Shown: positions 49,735 to 58,245 of the stretch, one piece after another | Numbering within the stretch: the stretch's first letter is position 1 | Layout: the number at the start of each line of letters is the position of its first letter | From: Dehalococcoidia bacterium | Lineage (GTDB): Bacteria > Chloroflexota > Dehalococcoidia > Bin125 | NCBI GenBank assembly: GCA_963663235.2 | Contig: CAXXNO010000012.1 | Span: forward strand, 320,001 to 384,000 | Direction: 5' to 3' | DNA: 64,000 nt | Notes under the pieces: generated by a model | Told to the model about the DNA's origin: nothing | The model's database searches: none | The model's input: the letters and a program-made list of their open reading frames with translations, nothing else | Program-made: the position numbers and the translations under genes

Positions 49735-50648
49735 TGACCATCGACTGGACCGCCGCCGACGGCGTCACCGTCAGCCTGGACCGGGACCCCCGCTGGGCGC
49801 TCTTGAGCATAAGCGGGCACGGCGCCCCCGATACCGACCTCCTCACGACCGGCAACCCCGATCGCGATGAGCGCCTCCCGCTCCACGCCGTCGCGCAGCC
49901 GCGACTGCTCTCCCTGACCCTCCGCATCGAAGGCGAATCCCTCACCGCCTACGAAGCCAACCGCGCCGCGCTGGCCGCGGCCTTCGCCCCCTGGCGCGAT
50001 GCGGGCACGCGCAGCCGCCCGGGCGCTCTGGCCCTCACCCTCGCCGACGGCCGCCGCCGCGCGCTGCGCGCCGTGCCCCGGCAGGGGCTGGCCTGGGCGT
50101 CGGGGCGACAGCGCGGCACCCGCACCGTCGAGTCGGTGCTGCTGGAGGCACCCGATCCATTTTGGTACGACCCCACGCCCCGCACCGGCGCGGCCACCAT
50201 CCAGAGCCCCGGCAACCTCCGCTTCGATGCCGTCACCGAGTTGGGCTTCCCCGCCGGCTTCGGCAGCGACCGCCCCAGCGCGGTCGTCACGGTGACCCAC
50301 GAAGGCAGCGTCCGTAGCTTCCCGCTCTTCACCGTGCCCGGCCCCTCCATCAATCCCAGCTTTCGCCTTGGCGCCTCCGGTTTCTCCGTGGCCTTCTCCC
50401 TGACCGTTCCTCAGGGGCTGACGCTCCAGGTCACCTGTGGGGCGCAGCCGGACGGCTCCGTCGACGCCCCCAAGGCCGTCCTCATCGATGACCTCGGCGG
50501 CGAGTCCAACGTCCTCGGGGCGCTCCGCAGCGGTTCCCGCTTCTGGGCGCTCGGGCCCGGTCCGAATACCGTCGTGCTCACCCAGGACACCCCCGCGGTC
50601 GGCACGGTCTTCAACTATCAGTTCTTCCAACGCGAAGTGGCGGTGTAA
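49734..50648 (+). CDS. Distal tail (Dit-like) protein
   Basis: PRLLSL, LEAPDPFWYD, EGSVRSFP..VPGP..NP and FWALGPGPNTV. Confidence 0.8.
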   Translation: MTIDWTAADGVTVSLDRDPRWALLSISGHGAPDTDLLTTGNPDRDERLPLHAVAQPRLLSLTLRIEGESLTAYEANRAALAAAFAPWRDAGTRSRPGALALTLADGRRRALRAVPRQGLAWASGRQRGTRTVESVLLEAPDPFWYDPTPRTGAATIQSPGNLRFDAVTELGFPAGFGSDRPSAVVTVTHEGSVRSFPLFTVPGPSINPSFRLGASGFSVAFSLTVPQGLTLQVTCGAQPDGSVDAPKAVLIDDLGGESNVLGALRSGSRFWALGPGPNTVVLTQDTPAVGTVFNYQFFQREVAV

Positions 50649-50651
50649 CCC

Positions 50652-51674
50652 ATGGCTGAAGAGAGTTTCCCCTTCCAGGAACTGGCGGACGGCGACCGCA
50701 CCGTGAGCGCGGCGATGTTCGCCAAACACATCGGCATGATCCGCTCGCGCGGCGTGATCAAGTCGGTGGACAACGGCCTGGCCGTCAGTCAGTCCTCACC
50801 GGCGGCGATGAGCGTCGATCTGGACACCGGCGCGGCCTTCGCCGGAGCCACCCAGTTGCGCGCTTACCGCAACACGCTCGCACGCACCATCACCATCGCC
50901 GCCGCCGACCCCACCGACCCTCGCCACGACCTCGTCGTCCTGGACATGAACACGGACACGGGCCCGCCCGACACCCGACGCGTCACCACGATGATCGTCC
51001 AGGGCACGCCCGACCCCTCCCCCTCCGACCCCGCCCTCGTCCAGACCGAGACGCACTATCAACTCGCCCTCGCCCGCGTGCTCGTCGGCGCCGCCGTCGC
51101 CAGCATCGTCGACGCCAACATCACCGACCTCCGCACCTACTCCACCCCGCTCAACGCACCAACCGGCGGCCTCACCCGGGAAGGCGGCAACACCACCGAG
51201 GCGACCACGACCAGCACAAGCGCGGTGGACCTCGTCTCGATCACCAGCCTGAGCGTTGCCACAGGCTCTCCCATCGACGCACGCGGACTTGCCCGCAAGT
51301 CTGGTGGGGCCGCCTCGAATGGCGGCATCGGCCTAAAGATCAACGCGACTGTGGTGTCAGAAGCCAACGCGACAGCAGGTCATGGAGGGGCGGTCTGGAC
51401 AGGAAGCACCAACGCCGACCGAGCGGAAGCAGGGGCCTTCCATGTTGTCGGGTTTGTCGCCCAGACGAATTACGCCTTTACCCCGGCGATCTCGACGTTC
51501 AGCGCTGAGGACACCGTGCCGCAACTCATCTACGCGCAGGTTGATTCTCTTGGCTCAACGGCCGAGTGGCCCGTCGCGACGCTCACCTCGTTCATCTTCC
51601 GCGCGATCAGCGGCAACGCATCGGTCACTGTGGGACTCGATGAAGTCCATCTCTACAGCCTGGCGGTGAGTTAG
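50652..51674 (+). CDS. Baseplate/tail fibre structural protein
   Basis: MSVDLDTGAA..IAAADPTDPRHDLVVL..YQLALARVLV..ITDLR, then a beta-rich C-terminus. Confidence 0.7.
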   Translation: MAEESFPFQELADGDRTVSAAMFAKHIGMIRSRGVIKSVDNGLAVSQSSPAAMSVDLDTGAAFAGATQLRAYRNTLARTITIAAADPTDPRHDLVVLDMNTDTGPPDTRRVTTMIVQGTPDPSPSDPALVQTETHYQLALARVLVGAAVASIVDANITDLRTYSTPLNAPTGGLTREGGNTTEATTTSTSAVDLVSITSLSVATGSPIDARGLARKSGGAASNGGIGLKINATVVSEANATAGHGGAVWTGSTNADRAEAGAFHVVGFVAQTNYAFTPAISTFSAEDTVPQLIYAQVDSLGSTAEWPVATLTSFIFRAISGNASVTVGLDEVHLYSLAVS

Positions 51675-51676
51675 CG

Positions 51677-52147
51677 ATGCTCTACATCTTCGCCGGCTTC
51701 CCACGCTCCGGCCTCAACGCAGGCGGCATCCAGCACCTCATCGAGCGGGTGGAGGAGATGGGCGTGCTGGAGCACAACCCCACGGTCCAGACCACGAAGG
51801 AACACACCGACACCTGCCGCACCGACAAGACGCTGGACGAATACCTGCGCCTTGGTGAGCCCGTCCCACTCGCGGCGCTGCAACTAGTGAAGCAGCGTGT
51901 CCGGCACGAGGGCTGGGAGACATACGAGCAGCGCTGGCGACCGGGGACTTGCCCGCAACAGAGTCACCTCGTCCATCTGACGTGGCTCATCACGGGGCAG
52001 CCACTGCCCGAAGCCGCCTACGAACGCCTCTGCGAGATCATTGAACGCGGCGCGCGACCTGAGCCGCGTGACGCCTACGAAGATAAACACTTCTCCGAGA
52101 TCCGACGCTGGGACGGCAAGCGCTCCCAGGTGCTCGCGGGAGTGTAA
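51677..52147 (+). CDS. Hypothetical protein
   Basis: Starts 2 bp after the fibre stop; N-terminal AGFPRSG weakly resembles a sulfotransferase-type loop. Confidence 0.45.
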   Translation: MLYIFAGFPRSGLNAGGIQHLIERVEEMGVLEHNPTVQTTKEHTDTCRTDKTLDEYLRLGEPVPLAALQLVKQRVRHEGWETYEQRWRPGTCPQQSHLVHLTWLITGQPLPEAAYERLCEIIERGARPEPRDAYEDKHFSEIRRWDGKRSQVLAGV

Positions 52148-52190
52148 GCGTGCCCACCCCCGAACAGGCCATCATCAGAGAGAGTCAGCC

Positions 52191-52466
52191 ATGCCCCGCA
52201 ACTTCCGCCAGATCAGCACCGGCAGGTACCTCGCCCGCTTCGACGACCTTCAAACCATGACGCCGGCCGGCCACCTCGCCCACGTCGCCGCCGAGTACGG
52301 CACCCCCGCCGCCGACCTCGAACTCATCGAGACCGCCGTCGACCTCCGCGACCCCGTCCTCATGATCAGCCCGCCCCCGCCCGATCCCGCAACGCTGCCC
52401 GACCCACAGGAGCAGGACTTCACCCCGCAGGAACGCAAGCGAATCCGCACCGCCCTGCAGATCTAA
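52191..52466 (+). CDS. Small hypothetical virion-cluster protein
   Basis: Host-like codon usage; same strand as the operon. Confidence 0.45.
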   Translation: MPRNFRQISTGRYLARFDDLQTMTPAGHLAHVAAEYGTPAADLELIETAVDLRDPVLMISPPPPDPATLPDPQEQDFTPQERKRIRTALQI

Positions 52467-52517
52467 CGAGAAGCGTGACCGCCGTTCTTCAATCTCACGA
52501 CGCCTAGGTCGCCAGCG

Positions 52518-53645
52518 ATGCCGAACCACGAGATCGTGCTCTTCCACCGCAGTCCCGCCCAGGAGATTCGGGCCATCCCGCCCTTCACCGCCCTGGACTG
52601 GACCCGGCGCTTCCGCGGCAGCGGCGCCTTCCGCGTCGAGATGCCGCTGGAAGCGGGCGCCGCCATCGCCGGCGGCGACGTCCTCGACATCGAGCTCGAC
52701 GGCCGCGTCGATCTCTCCGGCATCGTCCAGCGTCGCACCATCGTCTTCCGCCCCCAGGAGGCGCCCGCCTGGCAATTGGAGGGAATGGATCTGACCTGGT
52801 GGCTGCACCAGCGCGCCATCGTGCCGCCCGGCGGCTCGTCCCACGACGAGCAGATCGGGGTGCCCGCCGAGGACGCCATCCGCCACTACATCGATGCCCA
52901 CCTCCTCAACCCCACCGACGGCGCCCGCAAGATCCCGGTCTCCGCGGCGCTCGAGACGGCCCACAGCCCTCGCCTCGGACCCAACGTCACGATCCGCGCT
53001 CGCTACGCCAAGCTGGCCAAGGAGGTGGACCGCATCGCCGCCCTCGCCGACCTCGGCTACGCCGCCCTCCGCGACGACGCCGGCTCCATCAGCTTCCGCG
53101 TCCTCGCCCAGCGCGACCGCTCGGCCTCTTCGCCCCAGCCGGTGATCTTCTCCCCCAACCTTGGCACGGCAGAGGAGATGACCTTTGTCGAAGACACGGT
53201 CGGCAGCCGCAACGCCGTCTACGTCCTCGGCAGCGGCAGCGGCAGCGGCCGCCTCGTGGAGACCGTGCTCGACGCCGCCGACGTCACCGCCCGCTGGCGC
53301 CGCGAGCTCGCCCTCGACGCCCGCGACGCCACCACCAGCGCCGCCGCCATCGACGCCGGACAGGCCGAGCTCGCCCGTCAGGCCGTCGCCCGCCTGCGGC
53401 TGCACGCCCTCCCGGCCGCCCTCGGCCCGCTGGCCTATCGTCTCGACTGGGATGTCGGCGACCTCGTCACGCTGGACATCCCCGATCTCGCGCTGCGCCT
53501 CGATCGCCGCATCGAGGAAGTGCGCTGCTCCGTTGACGACCGCGAGCCGCTCCGGATCGACCTAGCCTTCGGCGCCCCGGCGCCGGACGCCACCAGCGCG
53601 CTGCGCCGCCTCGATGAGCGCACTGCGCCGGGACGCTTCACTTGA
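52518..53645 (+). CDS. Siphovirus Gp37-like minor tail/hub protein
   Basis: FTALDWTRRFRGSGAF, VIFSPNLG, NAVYVLGSG.G..R, RRELALDARD and YRLDWDVGDLVT..RIEEV. Confidence 0.78.
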   Translation: MPNHEIVLFHRSPAQEIRAIPPFTALDWTRRFRGSGAFRVEMPLEAGAAIAGGDVLDIELDGRVDLSGIVQRRTIVFRPQEAPAWQLEGMDLTWWLHQRAIVPPGGSSHDEQIGVPAEDAIRHYIDAHLLNPTDGARKIPVSAALETAHSPRLGPNVTIRARYAKLAKEVDRIAALADLGYAALRDDAGSISFRVLAQRDRSASSPQPVIFSPNLGTAEEMTFVEDTVGSRNAVYVLGSGSGSGRLVETVLDAADVTARWRRELALDARDATTSAAAIDAGQAELARQAVARLRLHALPAALGPLAYRLDWDVGDLVTLDIPDLALRLDRRIEEVRCSVDDREPLRIDLAFGAPAPDATSALRRLDERTAPGRFT

Positions 53646-54067
53646 GCGCCCTGGACGCGGCCGTCCTGACCACCGCCTGCGCCGGGCTGATCACCGCCCT
53701 GGCCCAGTGGTTTCGCCTGTTCGGGCCCCGCCGCAACGGGCGCAAGGCGGTGATCCGCTATTTCGAGGCGCGCCTCGCCGCCACCGAGGCCGCCCTGGCC
53801 GATTGCCTGGAGCGGACCTCTCCCCGTCACCGCACCCAACCCGGCCGCTGGCGCCGGCCCAACCCGTTCGTCCAGAACCCTGTCCTGAGCAGAGTCGAAG
53901 GGCCTGTCCTGAGCTCCCTCGAAGGGCCTGTCCTGAGCACAGTCGAAGGGCTCCGGCCTCTTCCCCCTCTCCATCGCTTGCGACGGAGAGGGGGCCAGGG
54001 GGTGAGGTTCATCTTGAGCATGCACACAACCCGCGCAACGAAAGGAAACTGCGACCATGAACCGTGA
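53642..54067 (+). CDS. Holin-like membrane protein with a repeat-derived C-terminus
   Basis: N-terminal TM then coiled coil; TTGA overlap; three PVLSxxEG units encoded by repeats. Confidence 0.45.
   Translation: MSALDAAVLTTACAGLITALAQWFRLFGPRRNGRKAVIRYFEARLAATEAALADCLERTSPRHRTQPGRWRRPNPFVQNPVLSRVEGPVLSSLEGPVLSTVEGLRPLPPLHRLRRRGGQGVRFILSMHTTRATKGNCDHEP
53879..54008 (+). repeat. Three tandem 24-bp family A units plus a family B unit
   Basis: cctgtcctgagc-NNNN-tcgaaggg at 53879, 53903 and 53927. Confidence 0.9.
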
Positions 54068-54296
54068 CTTCCCCTGGGGGTTGCCGCCCGGCTCCGTGCG
54101 GGCGCTGCTGGCCGCCATCGTCCTCGCCGTCTGGGCCGCGCTCGATCTGGGCGCCGGGCCGGACGCCGCGGCGCCCGATGCGGTCCGCGCCAGGGCCGCG
54201 GCCGTCGCCGCCGGCTACGGCCTGATGCGCACCCGGGGCGAGAGCGACGCCGCCCGCGCCGCCACACCGTACAGGGGCGAGCACGATGGCCGCTGA
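54057..54296 (+). CDS. Small membrane protein, holin-like
   Basis: PWGLPPGSVRALLAAIVL; upstream of the lysin. Confidence 0.5.
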   Translation: MNRDFPWGLPPGSVRALLAAIVLAVWAALDLGAGPDAAAPDAVRARAAAVAAGYGLMRTRGESDAARAATPYRGEHDGR

Positions 54297-54304
54297 CCCG
54301 CCGT

Positions 54305-54600
54305 CCGTCCGTCCTGAGCCTGTCCTGAGCGAAGTCGAAGGGCCTGCCCTGAGCTCCCTCGAAAGGCTGCCGGCCTCTTCCCCCTCTCCGTCCTTCCCGG
54401 GAGGGAAGGATGGAGAGGGGGCCAGGGGGTGAGGTTCGTTCTGACCTCCGCAAAGGGGCTCCCCTGAGCGAAGTCGAAGGGCCGGCCGAAGGACCTGCCA
54501 AACGGCAAGCGGCCCCGCCCGACTCCCACACTCCCCCTCTCCATCGCTCGCCGATGGAGAGGGGCCGGGGGGTGAGGTTCCCCTGAGCAGTGTCGAAGCA
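54305..54600 (+). repeat. Composite family A/B repeat array
   Basis: gtcctgagcgaagtcgaaggg and cccctctcc..ggagagggg..ggggtgagg units. Confidence 0.88.
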
Positions 54601-54657
54601 CGAACGGCTCATCGCGGCCCGCCCGGCGCCGATCCCGTCCGTCGCTGCCCCCCCCTG

Positions 54658-55221
54658 ATGCGCGAGCTCCGCGACGCCTGGCCTGTCCCCCGGGAGCGGC
54701 CGCCCCTCAGTCTCTGGGCCGCCCTCATCGACACCGAGAGCGGCGGCCGCCCCGACGTCATCAGCGTCGCGGGCGCGGTGGGACTCGGGCAGGTCATGCC
54801 CTCCGACTTCGCCGGCTACTCCGCCCGGCTCCGCCGCATGTTCCGCGACCGCCCCACCACCGCGGCCCTCCTCGACCCGCGCACCAATCTGGAGTGGTCC
54901 TTGCGCATCCTCGTCACCCTGGGCTACCGCCGCTGCCGCTCCTGGCCCGCCGCCCTCATGGCCTACTTCACCGGCCGCTGCGACGCCCCCACCGCCACCG
55001 ACGCCACGGGGACCAGCGGCGCCCACTACGTCCGCCTCATCCTCGCCCGCCAACAGCGCTACCGTGACCTCGACGCGCCCCCGCCGCCGCCCACGGCCGG
55101 CGATTCAGACGTGAGTCGCCGTGTCGATGCCCTTACTGACGACCTGCAACAGCTCCGCGCCCGCGTCGCCCAAAACAACGCCCGCATCCGCGGCATCGGG
55201 AGAGCCGCCGTGGACGGTTGA
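54658..55221 (+). CDS. Lytic transglycosylase (SLT) endolysin-like protein
   Basis: ALIDTESGG, GAVGLGQVMP, LLDPRTNL and ALMAY; coiled-coil tail. The start may extend upstream across a C-run indel near 54650. Confidence 0.85.
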   Translation: MRELRDAWPVPRERPPLSLWAALIDTESGGRPDVISVAGAVGLGQVMPSDFAGYSARLRRMFRDRPTTAALLDPRTNLEWSLRILVTLGYRRCRSWPAALMAYFTGRCDAPTATDATGTSGAHYVRLILARQQRYRDLDAPPPPPTAGDSDVSRRVDALTDDLQQLRARVAQNNARIRGIGRAAVDG

Positions 55222-55397
55222 CTCGCCCCTCGCCCGATCTCGGCGCGGACCGCCCTCCCGCATTCTCGTTCTCCCCTAGGGATCGTCGGGTGGCGGCATG
55301 AGCGCAATCCCGATAGCAACGCGGTCCCGCCCTCGCCACCCTTGTAGTGCCCGCAGAAGCGGGGATGTCCGCACCAGCAGACCGAAGGAGGGACGGC

Positions 55398-55643
55398 ATG
55401 GACCAGAACCAGCTCACCCAAATCGAGTCCTCGATTCTGGAGACGATCGCAACTGCGTCGGCCCAGAGCTACGAGGAAGTGCCGGTCCGGCGCATCGCGT
55501 CGCGGATCGGACAGGACGTGATCCAGGTCGAGCGCGTGCTCAACGATCTGATGGACCAGCTCGAAAGCACCAGCCAGGCGGATCTCCTGATCGAAGCGCG
55601 CCGGCGCGGCCTGATCATCACCCCCGAGCGCCGCGTCGCCTAA
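55398..55643 (+). CDS. Small LuxR-like HTH protein
   Basis: LTQIESSILE..RRIASRIG..VERVLNDLMDQL..S...L..A.RRGLI; AAGGAGG RBS. Confidence 0.5.
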   Translation: MDQNQLTQIESSILETIATASAQSYEEVPVRRIASRIGQDVIQVERVLNDLMDQLESTSQADLLIEARRRGLIITPERRVA

Positions 55644-55726
55644 TCGCCGCGCCACGCGGTCGGCCCTGGTCCGCGCCCGCTCCTCAGGGCGCGGACCAGG
55701 AAAAACGCCGGACGGCGGCGCGCCGC

Positions 55727-56776
55727 CTAGGGCTGGAGCGCCGCACGCACCGCGGCCTCCAGCTCCTGGACCGTAAGCGTCCCCTCGAAGCGGGCGCTGA
55801 TCCGTCCGGCCGTGTCCACCACGAACACCCAGGGCTCACTGGGCAGGCCCCATTCCAGGAACGCCGCCGCCTCGCGCAGGGCGTCGGGCTCATCCGGGTT
55901 TTCGAATACCTCCACGTGGATCGCGCGCACGGCGGGCGCATGCGCTCGCCACACCTGCTTGACGATGTCCATCGTGGGTCCGCAGGTGCGCGAGTGGCAG
56001 AACGCCGGCGTGGCGAACGCCACGATCAACGGTCCTCCCTGGTCCAACGCTTCGTCCACGCTCAACTGGTAGAGCCCCGGCTCCGGCGCCAGGTCCGACG
56101 TGAGCCGCCGGATGTCCGGCTCGTCCGCCAGCGTCCGCGTGCGGCTGCGCGGCGCTGGATCGCCGACCGCCGGCGCCTGCGGCCGTTCCCGCACGCTGAG
56201 CCGGAAGCGCACGGTGCTCGCGTCCGCGCCGCCGCCGCGCGGCGTGATGCGGAATTCCAACCCCCATACGCCGGCGTGCGTGAAGGTGACCGGGACCACG
56301 TAGACGCCGGCGCCAACGGAGCGGGCGTCGTCGGAGGGGCTGCCGTCGGCATGCCGGTGCGGCGTCGGCACCGGCGACTCCGCCCCGTAGGGGATGAAGG
56401 CCGCCGGCTGAGTGCTCACCGCGTGTTCCCGGTCCCGCTCCAGGTCGTAGAGGCTTGCCACTACATCCACGTCGGACACGATGATCGCGTCTGCATCCTG
56501 CACGACGAAACTGAGCCGCGTGGGACCGACGGCCAGATCGGCGTTGGCGAGCGTCGGCAGGTATGCCAGGTCGGCATCGACGCGGATCACGTCCCAACTG
56601 TCCGCATCCGCCGGGAGCGCGCTCTGCGACGAGCCGCCGCTCAGCGCCAAGACGGCCGCCGCAATCGCGACTCCGGCCGCGGCCGCCATCAGCGCCGCCC
56701 CCACCACTGCAATCCGCCGCCCGGTCCACTGCACTCGGTTCAGCACCGCCGCCCGCCCTTTCTTTTGGGCGGGCAC
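55727..56776 (-). CDS. Membrane-anchored thioredoxin-like protein (start uncertain)
   Basis: N-terminal TM; FATPAFCHSRTCGP and WGLPSEPWVFVVD. Confidence 0.7.
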   Translation of the reverse strand: MPAQKKGRAAVLNRVQWTGRRIAVVGAALMAAAAGVAIAAAVLALSGGSSQSALPADADSWDVIRVDADLAYLPTLANADLAVGPTRLSFVVQDADAIIVSDVDVVASLYDLERDREHAVSTQPAAFIPYGAESPVPTPHRHADGSPSDDARSVGAGVYVVPVTFTHAGVWGLEFRITPRGGGADASTVRFRLSVRERPQAPAVGDPAPRSRTRTLADEPDIRRLTSDLAPEPGLYQLSVDEALDQGGPLIVAFATPAFCHSRTCGPTMDIVKQVWRAHAPAVRAIHVEVFENPDEPDALREAAAFLEWGLPSEPWVFVVDTAGRISARFEGTLTVQELEAAVRAALQP

Positions 56777-56797
56777 CAGGGTATCGGGCCGTCTCCG

Positions 56798-58096
56798 CTA
56801 GACGAAGCCCCGGAGGTCCAGCGCTTCGGCCACTCGCTCCACGCCGATCATGAAGGCCGCGTTCCGCAGGCTCACGCCGTCATGCCCGGCCCGCGTCTGG
56901 ATCGTGCCGTAGGCGTCGCAGAGCAACGTCTCCAACTCATCGTTCACGCGCTCCAGGCTCCAGCGGTACTGCTGAATGTTCTGCGCCCACTCGAAGTAGG
57001 AGACCAGCACACCCCCCGCGTTCGCGATAAGGTCCGGCACCACTACCGTGCCCCGGCGCTGCAGCTGCCAGTCGGCGTAGGGCGTCAGCGGCCCGTTGGC
57101 CCCCTCCACGATCACGTCCGCCTGCACCGTGTGCCAGTTGTCCGCGTGGATCACTCCACCCAGCGCCGCCGGAACCAGCACGTCGCATTCCACCTCCAGA
57201 ACGCCATCGGAACTCAGAGCCCAGGCGTTCGGAAACCCCACCACGCCACCGCTGGCATCGACGTGGGCCTGCACTGCCGCTACATCCAGGCCGTCGGGCC
57301 GGTGCACGCCACCCGTGACATCGGAGACCGCCACCACGCGGCAGCCCAGATCGCACAGCCATTGCGCCGCGTACACGCCGACGTTCCCGAACCCCTGCAC
57401 GGCGACGCGGATCCCCTCGGGGTCCCGGCCCAACGCCCGCAGCGTTTCGCGCGTGACAAGTGCCACGCCCCGGCCCGTCGCTTCCATCCGGCCCCGGGAT
57501 CCTCCCATGGCCAGCGGCTTGCCGGTTACGATCCCCGGCGTGTGGCCGTAGCGAGCCCCGTACGCGTCCATCATCCAGCCCATCGTCTGGGCGTCGGTGC
57601 CCATGTCGGGGGCCGGGATATCACGGTTGACGCCCAACAGGTGCGCGATGTTCTGCGTGTAGGTCCGGGTGAGCCGCTTCTTCTCCTCTTTGCTCAGCGC
57701 CTTGGGGTCCACCTGCACGCCGCCCTTGGCCCCACCGAAGGGAATGTCCACCAGCGCCGTCTTCCACGTCATCAGTGATGCCAGCGCCCGGACCTCGTCC
57801 AGATCCACGGACGGGTGATAGCGAACACCGCCTTTGTACGGCCCCCGCGCGCCGCTGTGCTGCACCCGGTAGCCGGTGAAAACCTCTAGCCGCCCGTCGT
57901 CCATGCGCACCGGCACTTCCACGTGCAGTTCGCGGTAGGGCCGTGCCAGCAGCGTCACGATCTCGGAATCGATGCCCACGCGCTCCGCCGCCTCCATGAA
58001 GAAGTAGCGGGCCGCCTCCCACGGCGACATCGCGGCCGCCGGTGGCCCCGCTCCTCCCACCTCCGGCTCGACGTCCCTGACCACGGCGTCGCCCAT
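56798..58096 (-). CDS. gdhA: Glutamate dehydrogenase (Glu/Leu/Phe/Val family)
   Basis: GYRVQH, GPYKGGVRY, FGGAKGG, DIPAPD, VQGFGNVG and ANAGGV. Confidence 0.95.
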   Translation of the reverse strand: MGDAVVRDVEPEVGGAGPPAAAMSPWEAARYFFMEAAERVGIDSEIVTLLARPYRELHVEVPVRMDDGRLEVFTGYRVQHSGARGPYKGGVRYHPSVDLDEVRALASLMTWKTALVDIPFGGAKGGVQVDPKALSKEEKKRLTRTYTQNIAHLLGVNRDIPAPDMGTDAQTMGWMMDAYGARYGHTPGIVTGKPLAMGGSRGRMEATGRGVALVTRETLRALGRDPEGIRVAVQGFGNVGVYAAQWLCDLGCRVVAVSDVTGGVHRPDGLDVAAVQAHVDASGGVVGFPNAWALSSDGVLEVECDVLVPAALGGVIHADNWHTVQADVIVEGANGPLTPYADWQLQRRGTVVVPDLIANAGGVLVSYFEWAQNIQQYRWSLERVNDELETLLCDAYGTIQTRAGHDGVSLRNAAFMIGVERVAEALDLRGFV

Positions 58097-58245
58097 GACG
58101 ATCTCTCCCTAGGCGCGCCGCGTCCCAGAACCGACCGGGCCGGCGCGGGCGCGCACCCTCTCAAGGATGATCGGTTGGGGGGGGGCTCCGCCGTATCGGG
58201 GTTTTCCCGCAGGAGCGTCTCGCCGTCCGAACCCGGCGCGGCCGA

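Larger units (their letters stand above)
37336..55221 (+). mobile_element. Phage-derived head-tail-lysis cassette (GTA-like or domesticated prophage)
   Basis: Canonical siphovirus morphogenesis gene order in ~18 kb; no integrase, replication or repressor gene recognised. Confidence 0.85.

Noticed and set aside
50652-52466. Diversity-generating retroelement acting on the fibre
   Set aside because: No reverse transcriptase and no template/variable repeat pair found.
53879-53950. Tandem 24-bp repeats, and the 46-48 kb arrays, as a CRISPR array
   Set aside because: Units are contiguous or composite with no unique spacers, and no cas genes are present.
37336-55221. Complete temperate prophage or contractile tailocin/eCIS
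   Set aside because: No integrase, replication, repressor or att pair seen. No sheath or wedge genes are present, while head genes are.
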